Source: Desulfatiglandales bacterium
Lineage (GTDB): Bacteria > Desulfobacterota > DSM-4660 > Desulfatiglandales > HGW-15
Direction: 5' to 3'
Assembly (NCBI GenBank): GCA_963667015.2
Contig: CAXXJJ010000001.1
Coordinates: forward strand, 2,144,001-2,208,000
Length of the DNA: 64,000 nucleotides
A model generated the notes under the pieces. That model was not told where the DNA came from. It saw only the letters and a program-made list of their open reading frames with translations, and made no database searches. This document shows positions 10,630 through 21,035 of this stretch, piece after piece. The translations under genes were made by a program, and so were the position numbers. Positions within the stretch are counted from its first letter, which is position 1, and every line of letters starts with the position of its first letter.

Positions 10630-11352
10630 TCAAAAGCTGGTTGTGAGATCCCTGACAGGATCTCCGTTTTCATCGATAAATCGGACACAGAAATCACTCA
10701 TTCCAGGGCCGTTAATAACTGCCCCGCGAATGATATTTTTGCCCTTTTTAAGCGTGATGCGTCTGGAAACACTGTCGTCCATTACCATTCGCCTGTCACC
10801 GAAAAGGCTGACAGCTTCTATTCCGTTAGACCACCACATGGATGCCGAATTGGAACCGACAGCCATCCTGACATCCTTCATTTCCCTGGGGCTGTTTACC
10901 ACGGTAACAGCCCAGAACAGGACCCCGTAATGCTGTTTGTCAAGACCGTAGGCAAAACGGAAAAGTTTGACATTGAAATTTGTGGAATCAAGCGCATGCC
11001 ATCTGAGCTTTTGATCTCCGACAGTCACAGTGTCGCCGTCTTCTGGAATCACTGTAAACTGGTCCGGGAAATATTCGGTGTAAAGTGCCTCTCTTACGTA
11101 GCTGTCAGTAAACACAGTGTTGCTACGGTTAGGTTTATTGATCGGTTCCAGAAGAAACCAGCGCCGGATAAAACCATCACTGTCCGGCGCCTTTGGAGAA
11201 GCTGATGCCGGGGTGAAGTATGGCGCAATAGAACTGATATCACTACCCGTTGTTTTGTTTTCAGCATTAACATGCGCAACGGACCATACCAGGAAACCCG
11301 ATATTACAAGGATGTTAAATATCAGTATGAAGGTATTGCGTAAGTTTTTCAT
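10630..11352 (-). CDS. Secreted conserved hypothetical protein, probably carbohydrate-related
   Basis: 240-aa ORF with signal peptide, co-oriented with and immediately upstream of the GH43 gene. Confidence 0.65.
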   Translation of the reverse strand: MKNLRNTFILIFNILVISGFLVWSVAHVNAENKTTGSDISSIAPYFTPASASPKAPDSDGFIRRWFLLEPINKPNRSNTVFTDSYVREALYTEYFPDQFTVIPEDGDTVTVGDQKLRWHALDSTNFNVKLFRFAYGLDKQHYGVLFWAVTVVNSPREMKDVRMAVGSNSASMWWSNGIEAVSLFGDRRMVMDDSVSRRITLKKGKNIIRGAVINGPGMSDFCVRFIDENGDPVRDLTTSF

Positions 11353-11476
11353 ATTAAATCCTCACATAGGAATTAAAATTATGGATTATATCTTTTTCCA
11401 AGAATTAACTTATCCCCAGAATCATCAATCTCATAAAACAGCGGCTTTCGGGGGCCGTCGCCTTCCACATGGCGGA

Positions 11477-13060
11477 TTACCATGGTTTAAGTGCTGCGGC
11501 ATTGGCTCCTGCGATGCGACCGGTTGCCAGGCATTCGGAATTATTCCCGCCGCCATTGTACATCCAGCCCCAGAATGATCCGAGTTCACCAGCACTGTAT
11601 AACCTTGGTATGGGACTATTAAATGGATCAACTATCTGACATGAGGCATTACGCCTTGGTCCACCCTGGGTATTATACATAACTGGATAGATTTTCAGTG
11701 CAATATAGGGCGGCTGATCTATTTTGGTCAGGTTCATCTCTGGCCTTCCAAAATCTGAATCAACACCTGCGTCACATGACTGATTGTATTTTGTTATTGT
11801 CTTTTCAAGGGCGTCCGTCGTAATATCGAGTTTTCCGGCCAGCTCCTGGATTGTTTCTCCCTTGATAATCCAGCCCTTTTCTATTTCAGCGCTGTTGTCA
11901 CTGCTCCATTTATAATTTGTATACCAGTTATACCAGCCGAATTTCATTCCTGCTGAAACAAGAGGACGTTTAAGGACTCTGGAGTCCAGGACTGCATAAC
12001 AGGGTATTCTTGTAAACTTCTGTGTGCCCAGCGTATCAAAGAAGATAAGGTGCTCCTTTTCTCCCAGTCCATGACGATTACCACCCGATTCATTCATAAA
12101 ACGCCTTCCCTGCTGGTCTGTCAGGATGAAAGGCGCGGAATACAGAGAGACAGATATCGGCACCCTGCCCAGGTCGTCATCATCAACAAGAATGGCGCCT
12201 ATTCCGGCCAGGGCGTTATTCATATGCCAGAGGTCTGCCCCGGCCTTCTGGGCCATTCTGATTCCGTCACCCGTATTATATGTGGTTCCGCGACCATACA
12301 TGGGCCATCCTGGCAGGTGCTGCTGCTGGATATCATGGGCAAATTCAAAGCCGCCGCAGGCCAGAATAACACCCCGGCTGGCCTTGATGTTGATTATCTT
12401 TCCTTCGGATTCTGCTTTTATACCAATAATTTCACCCTCACAGTTGCGAATCAGATCCTTTGCCGGTGTCTGATACATAATCGGAATCTTTCGTTCATCC
12501 AACTGTGCACGAAGAGGATTATAGAGGGCAGCTCCAAAACCGCCGCTGGCATTGGACCAGGTCCGCACGCCTTCACCTCCCGGAAGTTCCGGATATTCAG
12601 GCTGGAACATGCCGAGGGATCTGGGTTCAACTCCCCATTTTTTGAGCCATTCGTTATTCTCAAACATTCCGCTGGCCAGTGCCTTGATACTTTCCTGATC
12701 TGTCAGGCCGTAGCACAATGAAGTAATATATTTTATTCCTGTCTCCACATCTGTCGGCGTCCACCACATATTGCCGGACACCTTGCTGTTTCCTCCCTCA
12801 CGTTCCTTTGGCGCTTTTTCCAGGATAAGGACCTTTGCTCCGGCGTCATGTGCTGTCATTGCCGAGGCAATTCCTGCGAATCCTGTTCCGACAACCACAA
12901 CATCGGTTTCTTTGTCCCATTTTAAATCCGGTGATGTTTCCTTGCTTATGGAAGGTTCTGCGGTCAGTCCGACCATAGCTGCGGCGCCTATGCCGACCGA
13001 AGTTGTTTTTATAAAATCTCTTCTTGATAGGTTTTTCTTTTTACTGTCTGTACGCTTCAT
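11477..13060 (-). CDS. Tat-exported FAD-binding oxidoreductase (flavocytochrome c/3-ketosteroid dehydrogenase-like)
   Basis: SRRDFIK Tat motif, VVVVGTGFAG, VILACGGF, NTGDG, PRLYSAGE. Confidence 0.9.
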   Translation of the reverse strand: MKRTDSKKKNLSRRDFIKTTSVGIGAAAMVGLTAEPSISKETSPDLKWDKETDVVVVGTGFAGIASAMTAHDAGAKVLILEKAPKEREGGNSKVSGNMWWTPTDVETGIKYITSLCYGLTDQESIKALASGMFENNEWLKKWGVEPRSLGMFQPEYPELPGGEGVRTWSNASGGFGAALYNPLRAQLDERKIPIMYQTPAKDLIRNCEGEIIGIKAESEGKIINIKASRGVILACGGFEFAHDIQQQHLPGWPMYGRGTTYNTGDGIRMAQKAGADLWHMNNALAGIGAILVDDDDLGRVPISVSLYSAPFILTDQQGRRFMNESGGNRHGLGEKEHLIFFDTLGTQKFTRIPCYAVLDSRVLKRPLVSAGMKFGWYNWYTNYKWSSDNSAEIEKGWIIKGETIQELAGKLDITTDALEKTITKYNQSCDAGVDSDFGRPEMNLTKIDQPPYIALKIYPVMYNTQGGPRRNASCQIVDPFNSPIPRLYSAGELGSFWGWMYNGGGNNSECLATGRIAGANAAALKPW

Positions 13061-13134
13061 TATTTATCTCCTTCTTTCTCTTTTCAAATAGTAAGCTGTT
13101 AACCTGGTAACAGGTAAACAATTAATATGGTTAT

Positions 13135-14460
13135 TTACTTCGAATTAACCTTCTGCATGATAAAAATTATCAATATAACCACCAGTGCAAGGATGGCATT
13201 TGTGGTACAAATGGCATTCACGCTCCAGTTTTCTGCAAGCATCATACTTCCTACAACAGGCGCAAGTATTGATCCGGATCTGCCCACTCCGGTTGCCCAG
13301 CCAAGCCCTGTACCCCTGATATCCGCAGGATATGAAATAGCTGCAAGACCCATAAGGCCGGAGTTGCTGCCGATTACAAAAAATCCCATGACAGCGGATA
13401 CAAACGCCACAATAATAAATGTGCTGGAAGCAAAATATCCAAAAATAAAAACACTCGCAAAGGCGAGGAAAAAACCGATTTTTAATATATTAAATTTGTC
13501 AAATTTATCCATCAGGATGCCGATTAATACTGTTGCTACAACTGCCCCCAAATTAACGCAGGCAAAGGCCAGACTGAATTCCTGGGGTGAAGCACCGCTG
13601 TTTCTCAGCAGGGTCGGTGTCCATGACAGGATCAGCCAGAGCAGATAGTAACTCAAGACAAAGGCTATCCATAACAATATGGTATTTGCTGCCCGTCCCT
13701 CTTTAAAAAGATGTTTAAAGGGAACTCCGGACAGCCTTATTTCGGACGAAACAAAATGAATATCTTTCATTGACCCATATGATGGTGCAATTTTCGAGAC
13801 AATTTTTCTTATACGTTCCTGATCCTTTTCTTTTCCTCTCTTGAGCAGAAATTCAAGAGGTTCAGGAAGTGAAATCAATGCAATAATCCCGATTATACAT
13901 GCTATTATACCTCCTGACATAAACACTGTTTGCCACCCGTATCTTGGAAGGAGGAAAGAAGAAAAGAGTCCGGCACATGTGGCGCCAAAAGCAACACCAG
14001 CGTACATTGTGGTGGCGAGTGTAGCACGTTTATTGGTTGGAGCATATTCTGAACCGAAGGCAAGTGCGTTTGGAACAGCCCCGCCAAGCCCGAGACCTGC
14101 TATAAAGCGGAGGATTATCAACTGTTCCTTGGTTTGGATAAATGCGATGGCTAAGGTAAAAATACCGAAAGTGAAGGCGGAAAACAGCAGCATCCTTTTT
14201 CTTCCAAAACGATCCGCCAGCATTCCCAGAACAAAGGCTCCTATAAGTGCTCCAACATTACCGAGGCTCATTGCCGGGCCGATGGCAGCAGGTGTTGTGT
14301 TTAAAAACTCGGCAATTTTAGGAGTTGACACACTTAAAAGCGACAAATCAAAACCATCGAAAAAGGCAAGGAAAAAGCATATTGTGCAGATCCATATTTG
14401 ATATAATGTAAACCGTCCGGAATCCAGAACCTCTTTTACACTTACTGAATTGCTTGGCAT
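13135..14460 (-). CDS. MFS aromatic acid:H+ symporter (AAHS/PcaK-like)
   Basis: DGFD, LADRFGRK, RFIAGLGLGG and RGTGLGWA motifs. Confidence 0.9.
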   Translation of the reverse strand: MPSNSVSVKEVLDSGRFTLYQIWICTICFFLAFFDGFDLSLLSVSTPKIAEFLNTTPAAIGPAMSLGNVGALIGAFVLGMLADRFGRKRMLLFSAFTFGIFTLAIAFIQTKEQLIILRFIAGLGLGGAVPNALAFGSEYAPTNKRATLATTMYAGVAFGATCAGLFSSFLLPRYGWQTVFMSGGIIACIIGIIALISLPEPLEFLLKRGKEKDQERIRKIVSKIAPSYGSMKDIHFVSSEIRLSGVPFKHLFKEGRAANTILLWIAFVLSYYLLWLILSWTPTLLRNSGASPQEFSLAFACVNLGAVVATVLIGILMDKFDKFNILKIGFFLAFASVFIFGYFASSTFIIVAFVSAVMGFFVIGSNSGLMGLAAISYPADIRGTGLGWATGVGRSGSILAPVVGSMMLAENWSVNAICTTNAILALVVILIIFIMQKVNSK

Positions 14461-14669
14461 TTTTTCTCCCTTTTGTTATTGTTTAAATAAAAAATTACTC
14501 TAATATTTTAATCTCATGCCTCTGGCATAGTTTAAACTGCCCACATAATATTCCTTTTCATCTGGAGTAGCTGTCCCTGTAGTACCTATAATGCCTGTCA
14601 ATTATTCACTCCTGAAAGGATAGATCCAGGTGCCTTCAGGCGTGCCTGCTGGTTTTATAAAACGATATA

Positions 14670-15227
14670 TTATTTAACAAGGGGGCTTCCCAGGTTTTTC
14701 ATGTCATCAACTCCGGGCCTATGCCCCAGGCCGATCGAATGATCAGGGCTCAGTTCCGTGCCTTCAAGAATCTCTTCTGCGACCTCCCGTGTGGGAGAAA
14801 TCAGAGGCAGGCAGTCACCACATCCATGCTGAAGGAAATATTTTTCCATGCTGCTCATTGTTTTGGGATAAGCAGAGCTGCTGAAAACCAGTTCATCTTC
14901 AGAAGTTTCTTCTGGTTCGATTGAAGGCGTATGAGTAAGGGCATTAATTACATCGCCAGAGTATTCGGTTATTTCTTTTAGTCGTTCTTCTCTTGGGGCA
15001 GGGGCCATGAAAGAACTTTCGCTAAACTCAACGTCTGGTAGCTGTTTTGTCAGGGTATCTTTAAGGATGGGCCAGAGTTTTTCGGTAACCCCCCAGACTC
15101 CCAATTTTAAAACACCAATTTTCTTTCCGTTTATATTGTCAAGCCTTGGAGAGGCTGGAATCCGGGGTGCTTTATCAATCCTGCCACTGGGTTTATGGAC
15201 GTTTAAATTGATATCATTTTCAGACAT
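14670..15227 (-). pseudogene. Degenerate UGSC-family (seleno)protein-like gene
   Basis: PRLDNINGKKIG N-terminus joined directly to a G.GD.LP.I.PT.E segment; the central UGSC motif region and the long C-terminus appear missing. Confidence 0.45.
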
Positions 15228-15375
15228 ATCATCCCTGTAATCGGAGTGGAATCAGCATCGAGCAAATGTGACAGGCTGATACTTATTTGGGTTCAAATAT
15301 CCTATCAGTCTATAGGGCTGTAACCCTTATGTTTCCAAGTTTTAATTGATAAAGTAATTGGTATTTTTCCGGATA

Positions 15376-15389
15376 GTATATAAGTATAC
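15376..15389. promoter_or_regulatory. Putative GntR/HutC operator, copy 4
   Basis: GTATATAAGTATAC is the exact reverse complement of copy 3; lies upstream of the long minus-strand gene run. Confidence 0.6.
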
Positions 15390-15660
15390 AATAGATGTAA
15401 ATACAAAAAAGTAATTCAGTAGAATTTTGCTGTTTGTCTCTTTTAAAGATAACATTTCAAATCTTACACAGTGATAATCCATAACATAACAGGGGGAGCT
15501 AATATGGAATTTATCAGCCAGCTTGTTCTCGGTATCAGGGTCATAGGAAGTATCTGCCTAGATTATGTTGATGATTAAATCAAATCCTACAATGCTGCTG
15601 GATCTGGATTGTGCTTAGATTGAAGAAGAAAATCGAGGTTTATACTTTTATTATTATCTG

Positions 15661-16836
15661 TTACGCGGGCGTGAAAAGATCATTAAGATATTTAAATGGG
15701 ACAATTGAAACGTCCGTTCTTTTTTGTTTTTCAACACCCCCATACACAAGACCCGAGCCATTGTGAACTGATTCCGGAAATGTTTTTGTAAAATGATTCA
15801 GTCCTTTGAAGTATTCTCTTGTTATGGTCATACCAGCTTTAATCTCAATTGGAAAGATATCAGGTCCGTTTATCATTAATAGATCGACCTCGTTTCCCTT
15901 GCTGTCGCGATAAAAGTAGAGATTACTTTTTTTGCCTTGGTTAAATCGATACTTCAGGGTTTCTGAGATAACCATGTTTTCAAACAAATTCCCCCGCAAT
16001 GGGTCGCGGGCGATCTGTTTTTCGTTTTCGATATCGATTAAAAAAGCAGCCAGTCCCACATCATAAAAATAAAGCTTGGGCGATTTCACCAAACGTTTGG
16101 AAATGTTTTTGTGATAGGGCTGTAAAAGAAAAATTATATAGCTCGCTTCCATGATTGAAAGCCAGTTTCCGGCTGTTGTATGGGAAATACCAGCATCGTT
16201 TGCCAGGCTGCTGATATTCAATATCTGGCCAACTCGTCCGGCACATAATTTGATAAACCGATGAAAAAGATTCAGGTCTTTTATTGTGATCAGCTGCCTC
16301 AGATCCCTCTCCACATAAGTCTCAAAATAATCCCCGAGTACCTGCGTCGGATTTAGCTGTTTGTCCCAGATTCGTGGAAAAAATCCACTGTAAAGCAAAG
16401 TGTCGGTGTCGGGGAAAGAAAATGAGGATTGAATTTCTTCAATGGAAAAAGGTAGTAATTTTATCAGGGCAGTTCGACCGGCAAGTGACTGGTTAATTGC
16501 ATTACTCACTTCAAATTGCTGACTGCCGGTCAGGATAAAAAGACCCTCTCGTTTATCCTCATCAACCATCGGCTGTATATAGGAGACAAGGTCGGGCGTT
16601 CTCTGAATCTCATCAAGGATTGCTCCATCCGGATATTGCGCTAAAAAACCTCTTGGATCGTCTATGGCAAATTGACGAATATCAGGAGATTCCAGGTTTG
16701 CATATGGCTTATGGGGAAATACCTTTCTGCAAAGAGTTGTTTTTCCACTCTGCCGGGGACCGGTGATAGTTATTACCGGATAACTTGACGCATGAGCCTT
16801 GAGGACAGTTTCTATGGTGCGATTTATTATAGCCAT
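15661..16836 (-). CDS. AAA_14 ATPase with DUF4143 domain
   Basis: GPRQSGKTT, ILDEIQ, LTGS, KSPKLYFYDVG, EVDL...PIEIK. Confidence 0.92.
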   Translation of the reverse strand: MAIINRTIETVLKAHASSYPVITITGPRQSGKTTLCRKVFPHKPYANLESPDIRQFAIDDPRGFLAQYPDGAILDEIQRTPDLVSYIQPMVDEDKREGLFILTGSQQFEVSNAINQSLAGRTALIKLLPFSIEEIQSSFSFPDTDTLLYSGFFPRIWDKQLNPTQVLGDYFETYVERDLRQLITIKDLNLFHRFIKLCAGRVGQILNISSLANDAGISHTTAGNWLSIMEASYIIFLLQPYHKNISKRLVKSPKLYFYDVGLAAFLIDIENEKQIARDPLRGNLFENMVISETLKYRFNQGKKSNLYFYRDSKGNEVDLLMINGPDIFPIEIKAGMTITREYFKGLNHFTKTFPESVHNGSGLVYGGVEKQKRTDVSIVPFKYLNDLFTPA

Positions 16837-17113
16837 GAGAAAAGACTAATCGAAAAAGGTGTAATTTGCAAGTTCAATATTCAAATTGCACCTTTTATTA
16901 GGTTTAAAGGTGAACGGACTTCCGACCTCCGGTTTTGTATTTCCTTTCAACTTTGACCTTGAGCTTTCAGCTCTTTTTCCCCTTGCTTTTTCAATCCATC
17001 AGTCTTAAATCTTTCACCCAATTAAATCCGCATGGCGGGTTGCGAAGCAACATTGGTGAATATTGAATCAAGATTTTGCTTCATCATGTATGGTATTTTT
17101 GCCGTCATTTTTA

Positions 17114-17175
17114 CCCTGTTAAATCCTTGAGGATCTCAAGGAAAGATTTAGAAGCTCAAATCTTATTTAACAGGG
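17114..17175. repeat. Small branched palindromic (REP/MITE-like) element
   Basis: CCCTGTTAAAT...ATTTAACAGGG termini enclosing two internal hairpins; related element at 20612-20651. Confidence 0.6.
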
Positions 17176-17295
17176 CAAGGCTATTTTCGGGAATTGGGGA
17201 ATCCAGTTGTTTTTAATTTGAACTTATTTGGGAACTGTCAAATGTCAAGGGCCGGTTTTTCCACGCGTCCCATTTACATTTCTGCAATACTGCTC

Positions 17296-17976
17296 TTAAT
17301 CGTTTTTATTGGACCATTCTCTGAACTTTTCCTTTTCATCTTCACTCATGTTGTTCCATTCCAGCCATTTCCTGAATTCTTCCTTTTCATCCTCGCTCAT
17401 ACTATCCCATTCTTCTTTGAGCGCTGTATCTTCTTCCATGATTGGCGGGTTTTCCGGTTCTGTATAGCGCTCCGCTTCACTCATTTCAACAGAACGTGAT
17501 ACTCTGATATCCTCGTCTTCATTGTCGGAATATTTTCCAACCTTTGCTATCCAGATATTCGGATTCTCAGCAAACTTCTTTGCTTCGTCCATATCATCAA
17601 GCTCGGGATGGGTTAATCTGTAAAGGCCACCCCTTTTCGCGTTGAACTTCAAGGTAATATTTTTGGACTTAATTTCTTCATGTTTTTTTATCTCATCATA
17701 TGCCCAGTAAATACTGTAGCGAACAACAATTTCATGCTCGCCCGGAGCCACATGAATTTCCTCTATTGTGCTGAGTACATAATCAGCCAGAGACCCGACA
17801 CGGCGGCCATCAACACTCTCAACCTCAATATCCGGGGGGACGCTTATGCGTGCCACCTCCGCGGGTGATACCCTTGATTCATCATAGATCTTGATGGGAG
17901 CGCGTTTCATGCAGGATGAAAGAGAAAAAAGTATTCCAATTGAAATCAAGACTGCAAATAATGATCTGTATTTCAT
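17296..17976 (-). CDS. Lipoprotein, possibly DUF2057-like
   Basis: Lipobox LSSC, PGEHEIVVRY beta-sandwich motif, acidic C-terminal repeat. Confidence 0.65.
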   Translation of the reverse strand: MKYRSLFAVLISIGILFSLSSCMKRAPIKIYDESRVSPAEVARISVPPDIEVESVDGRRVGSLADYVLSTIEEIHVAPGEHEIVVRYSIYWAYDEIKKHEEIKSKNITLKFNAKRGGLYRLTHPELDDMDEAKKFAENPNIWIAKVGKYSDNEDEDIRVSRSVEMSEAERYTEPENPPIMEEDTALKEEWDSMSEDEKEEFRKWLEWNNMSEDEKEKFREWSNKND

Positions 17977-18301
17977 ATCGAGCCTCACTATTAAAACATT
18001 GGGGAAAGTAATGTGATGAGCCTTCCGGCACCTTAGATAGTTACCATCCATAAACGGCTCTTTTTATGTAAGCGAATATAGGAAGATAAACTATGTATGT
18101 CAAGGCAATTATAGCCGTGTGTTTCAATGAAAAAGACCTGAATAATCCTTAAAATAAGTTCCATGTCTGCCCTACCCGGTGTCAGGAGATCATAATTTAA
18201 AATTGACTTATAAAAATTTATTTTGATACTTCTATATATTACTATATCCGATACTTATCTTAACTTATTTTATAGTTTCCAAACAACCGCCGGAGAAAAA
18301 T

Positions 18302-18505
18302 ATGCAAGAAGAACGAACGGAATTAAGAGTATTAAACCCGAGGGGTGAAACCGGAGAAAATCCTGTAATACCCGCAATGTCCCTGCAGCCTGACCTTGTG
18401 CTTCCCACCCCGCCGGATGTTGAGAGGATCATCACACAGATAACCATGCAGGCATTATATGAGCTGAAGAACTCTTTGATAGATTTTTTAAAAAGGGGTA
18501 GGTAA
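18302..18505 (+). CDS. Small hypothetical protein
   Basis: 67-aa ORF with GGAG RBS. Confidence 0.4.
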   Translation: MQEERTELRVLNPRGETGENPVIPAMSLQPDLVLPTPPDVERIITQITMQALYELKNSLIDFLKRGR

Positions 18506-18600
18506 GGGTATTGGTGCCTACGTGCAAATATAAGCAAGAGTCAAAGGCGGACTTGCCCCCTTTATATATAAAAACTTAAAAAAATAGGTGCAGATCAGAT

Positions 18601-19476
18601 ATGGAAAATAATACAGGAACAGTAAATTATTATAAAGCAGAGAAATTGTTTGACAGGGTATATCGAATCAGCAGTCTGGAAGGGACCTTTCTGTTCCTGT
18701 TTACTGGTGACAGGAAGGCATTGCTGCTGGATACAGGCTATGGTTTTAGCGACCTGAATGGCGCAGTACGCAAAATTACCGATCTGCCGCTTATTATAGT
18801 AAACAGTCATGGTCATCTGGATCATGTTTGCGGGAATTTTCAGTTTGATGAAGAGATCTATATTCATCCCAAAGATATGGAGATATGTAAATCACATAAT
18901 TCCACAGAGTCTCGGCAAAGGATTGTAAAAGGTGCTCGAAATCTGATGGACTTTACAAGTGGAGAGGTAAGAAATGCTCTGCCCGATGATTTCTCAGAGG
19001 ATGCTTATATTCATCAGGGTTACGGCAATCTGGTTCCACTCGATGCAGGCCAGGTGTTTGATCTTGGAGAAGTGACAATAGCAGTACATGAACTGCCGGG
19101 TCATACTGGGGGAAGCGTTGGTCTGGAATACAGGGAAGAGGGTATATTATTCCCGACAGACGCCATAAACCCTCTGGTATTTTTGTTTCTGCCAGAGTCA
19201 ACCGACCTGGCCACATACAAGGAAAGCCTGCAAAAAGCCGACAGCCTCGACATAAAACATGTAGTGTTTTCTCATAGTCCTCAGATTGCATCAAAATCGA
19301 TACTTAAGGATTTTATAGAATGTGCGGAACAGGTTGACTACGATCTTGGATTCCCTCTTGAGGGAGAAGGTTTTCGGAAATTTGAACCGAGAATCTGCCC
19401 GCGAAAGGGATTTGGTCCGGATGATACAATGAAACCGGGATTTGCGGCTGTAGTCATAGACCGATCAAGATGTTAG
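18601..19476 (+). CDS. Metallo-beta-lactamase-fold hydrolase
   Basis: LLDTG, SHGHLDH and PGHT motifs. Confidence 0.9.
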   Translation: MENNTGTVNYYKAEKLFDRVYRISSLEGTFLFLFTGDRKALLLDTGYGFSDLNGAVRKITDLPLIIVNSHGHLDHVCGNFQFDEEIYIHPKDMEICKSHNSTESRQRIVKGARNLMDFTSGEVRNALPDDFSEDAYIHQGYGNLVPLDAGQVFDLGEVTIAVHELPGHTGGSVGLEYREEGILFPTDAINPLVFLFLPESTDLATYKESLQKADSLDIKHVVFSHSPQIASKSILKDFIECAEQVDYDLGFPLEGEGFRKFEPRICPRKGFGPDDTMKPGFAAVVIDRSRC

Positions 19477-19530
19477 ATTCCTGAAAGGCCAGAGACAATT
19501 GTTATAATTTGGGAGTGCCCAGAAATTAAT

Positions 19531-19558
19531 AAGGTCATCATTATTGATGGCCTTTTTT
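19531..19558 (+). terminator. Intrinsic terminator
   Basis: AAGGTCATCA...TGATGGCCTT followed by a T run. Confidence 0.6.
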
Positions 19559-19635
19559 ATGCGGATTGACACTAAATTGAAAATGGGCGATTATATACAA
19601 CTTATAATGAGTGAATAAAAAAAGGAGGTGAATGA

Positions 19636-19847
19636 ATGCCAAAATTGAAAGATGTTGATATTAATTATGAACAGATAAGAGATTTGGTATATCAATTGAC
19701 CTTTGAGAAAAAGATGTCCCTTATAAAAGAAATAGTCAGGGATAAGGATTATCAGAAAAATTTTTATAATTTTTCTGAGGATTTGAAAAAAAACACGATA
19801 TACCCGACATGGATGAATCCGAACTGGATGCCCTGCTTCATGAATAG
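19636..19847 (+). pseudogene. Frameshifted putative antitoxin
   Basis: Adding one base in the A8 run at about 19786-19793 restores an acidic end (KKKHDIPDMDESELDALLHE*); lies upstream of a PIN gene. Confidence 0.55.
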
Positions 19848-19892
19848 AGTCTGCGATCAATTCATCTGAGCCTTTTCTGCGGAGACTTTTTC

Positions 19893-20300
19893 TTGATACC
19901 TAAAATCGTTGTTGATACAAATATCTATATTTCAGCTATATTTTGGGGTGGAAAGCCTCGTCAAGTGATTGATTTGGGGCGTAGCTAAAAAGTGTTGATC
20001 TATTCATCCTACCCCATTGTGGCTGAAATGGCCGGGAAGTTAAAGTCAAAATTTAACCTCACTGAAGAAGAAACCTCACAGATTATCTTTGACTTCTCAA
20101 CCTTTACCACACTGATTGAAACTCAGAACAGGATAAAGTTAATTGATGATGACCCGGATGATGATAAGTTCATTGAGTGTGCAGTATCATCAATGTCCAA
20201 TTTTATTGTATCCGGGGATAAACACCTGTTAAATTTAAAAGAATATAATGGAATAAGAATACTGAAAGCCTCAGAATTTCTATCATTCATTACAAAATAA
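19893..20300 (+). pseudogene. PIN-domain putative toxin with in-frame TAA at 19986
   Basis: MIPKIVVDTNIYISAIFWGGKP...RS*KVLI...DPDDDKFIECA...IVSGDKHLL. Confidence 0.8.
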
Positions 20301-20504
20301 AACGCGGATATAAATAAATGGGTCATAAATGGGGTCAACCGTAGATGGTGTCATCCATTAAAGGGTAAGTCATCCATAGTTTTATAGATTCATTCAGTCC
20401 ATGCTCCATATTTTGTTATGAGGAAAAAACATTTAACCTATTTAGCTATCCATTTGTAAACTTGAGTTGCAGAAGATATGTAAACAAATCGTGTAAACAA
20501 ATCG

Positions 20505-20565
20505 GTCCTTGACTGTGAATGTTTAATATCAACTTCATGTCAATATCAAGGGCGGACCCCGTTGT
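20505..20565. repeat. 61-bp repeat, copy 1 (REP/MITE-like, left arm truncated)
   Basis: Identical to 48396-48456. Confidence 0.85.
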
Positions 20566-20681
20566 GTTTATTAACCAGTGAAATTCATAATTATGACCGC
20601 AAAGCGGATTTACCCTGTTAAATTGCCCGGAGGGAATCTATATAGCAGGGTGAACCGGTAGTCTTAAGGCGCGGTAATGGG

Positions 20682-20945
20682 CGTTTTCAGCTTATATGCG
20701 GTGATGAAGTGTATGACAGTATGGGCGAATCCGCAGTGCTTCGTTTGAAAAATCTTCTTGCCAAACTGGATTCAATCAGGAGCAGCAGAGACCGGGGTTC
20801 AAAGGTGGCAGATGAATCTAATATGCTGTTCCATAAATTTATGGAACAGGTGGAAAATATCTTCAAAAACCTGCCCAAGTCATTGAAATGGCGATTATTT
20901 TACGAAAATGACCTTCAGATTTTAATGGACACCTCAGAGACGAGG
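20682..20945 (+). pseudogene. Internal fragment of a larger gene, probably a ParB-like/DNA methylase-associated protein
   Basis: Coding-like segment GDEVYDSMG...LFHKFMEQVENIFKNLPKSLKWRLFYENDL that runs into a repeat; family assigned from recollection only. Confidence 0.4.
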
Positions 20946-20950
20946 AAATG

Positions 20951-21033
20951 CAGGCTAAAGTTTTTTAGTCTGAAGACTTTTAGGTTTTACTGCTTCTCCT
21001 TCAGTCTTCAGCCTGCTATGCTTCAGTCTGTTT
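20951..21033. repeat. Gene-less CTGAAG inverted-repeat element
   Basis: Arms match the repeats flanking the four-helix-bundle gene at 47186-47731 (26/33 and 24/31 nt, counted by eye). Confidence 0.7.
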
Positions 21034-21035
21034 AA

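Noticed and set aside
16915..16975. Degenerate heptamer run (CTTTCAA/CTTTGAC/CTTTCAG) as a distinct element
   Set aside because: Too short and degenerate to support a call.
19986..19988. Recoded stop in the PIN gene
   Set aside because: It is TAA, no recoding hairpin was seen, and the partner gene is also broken.
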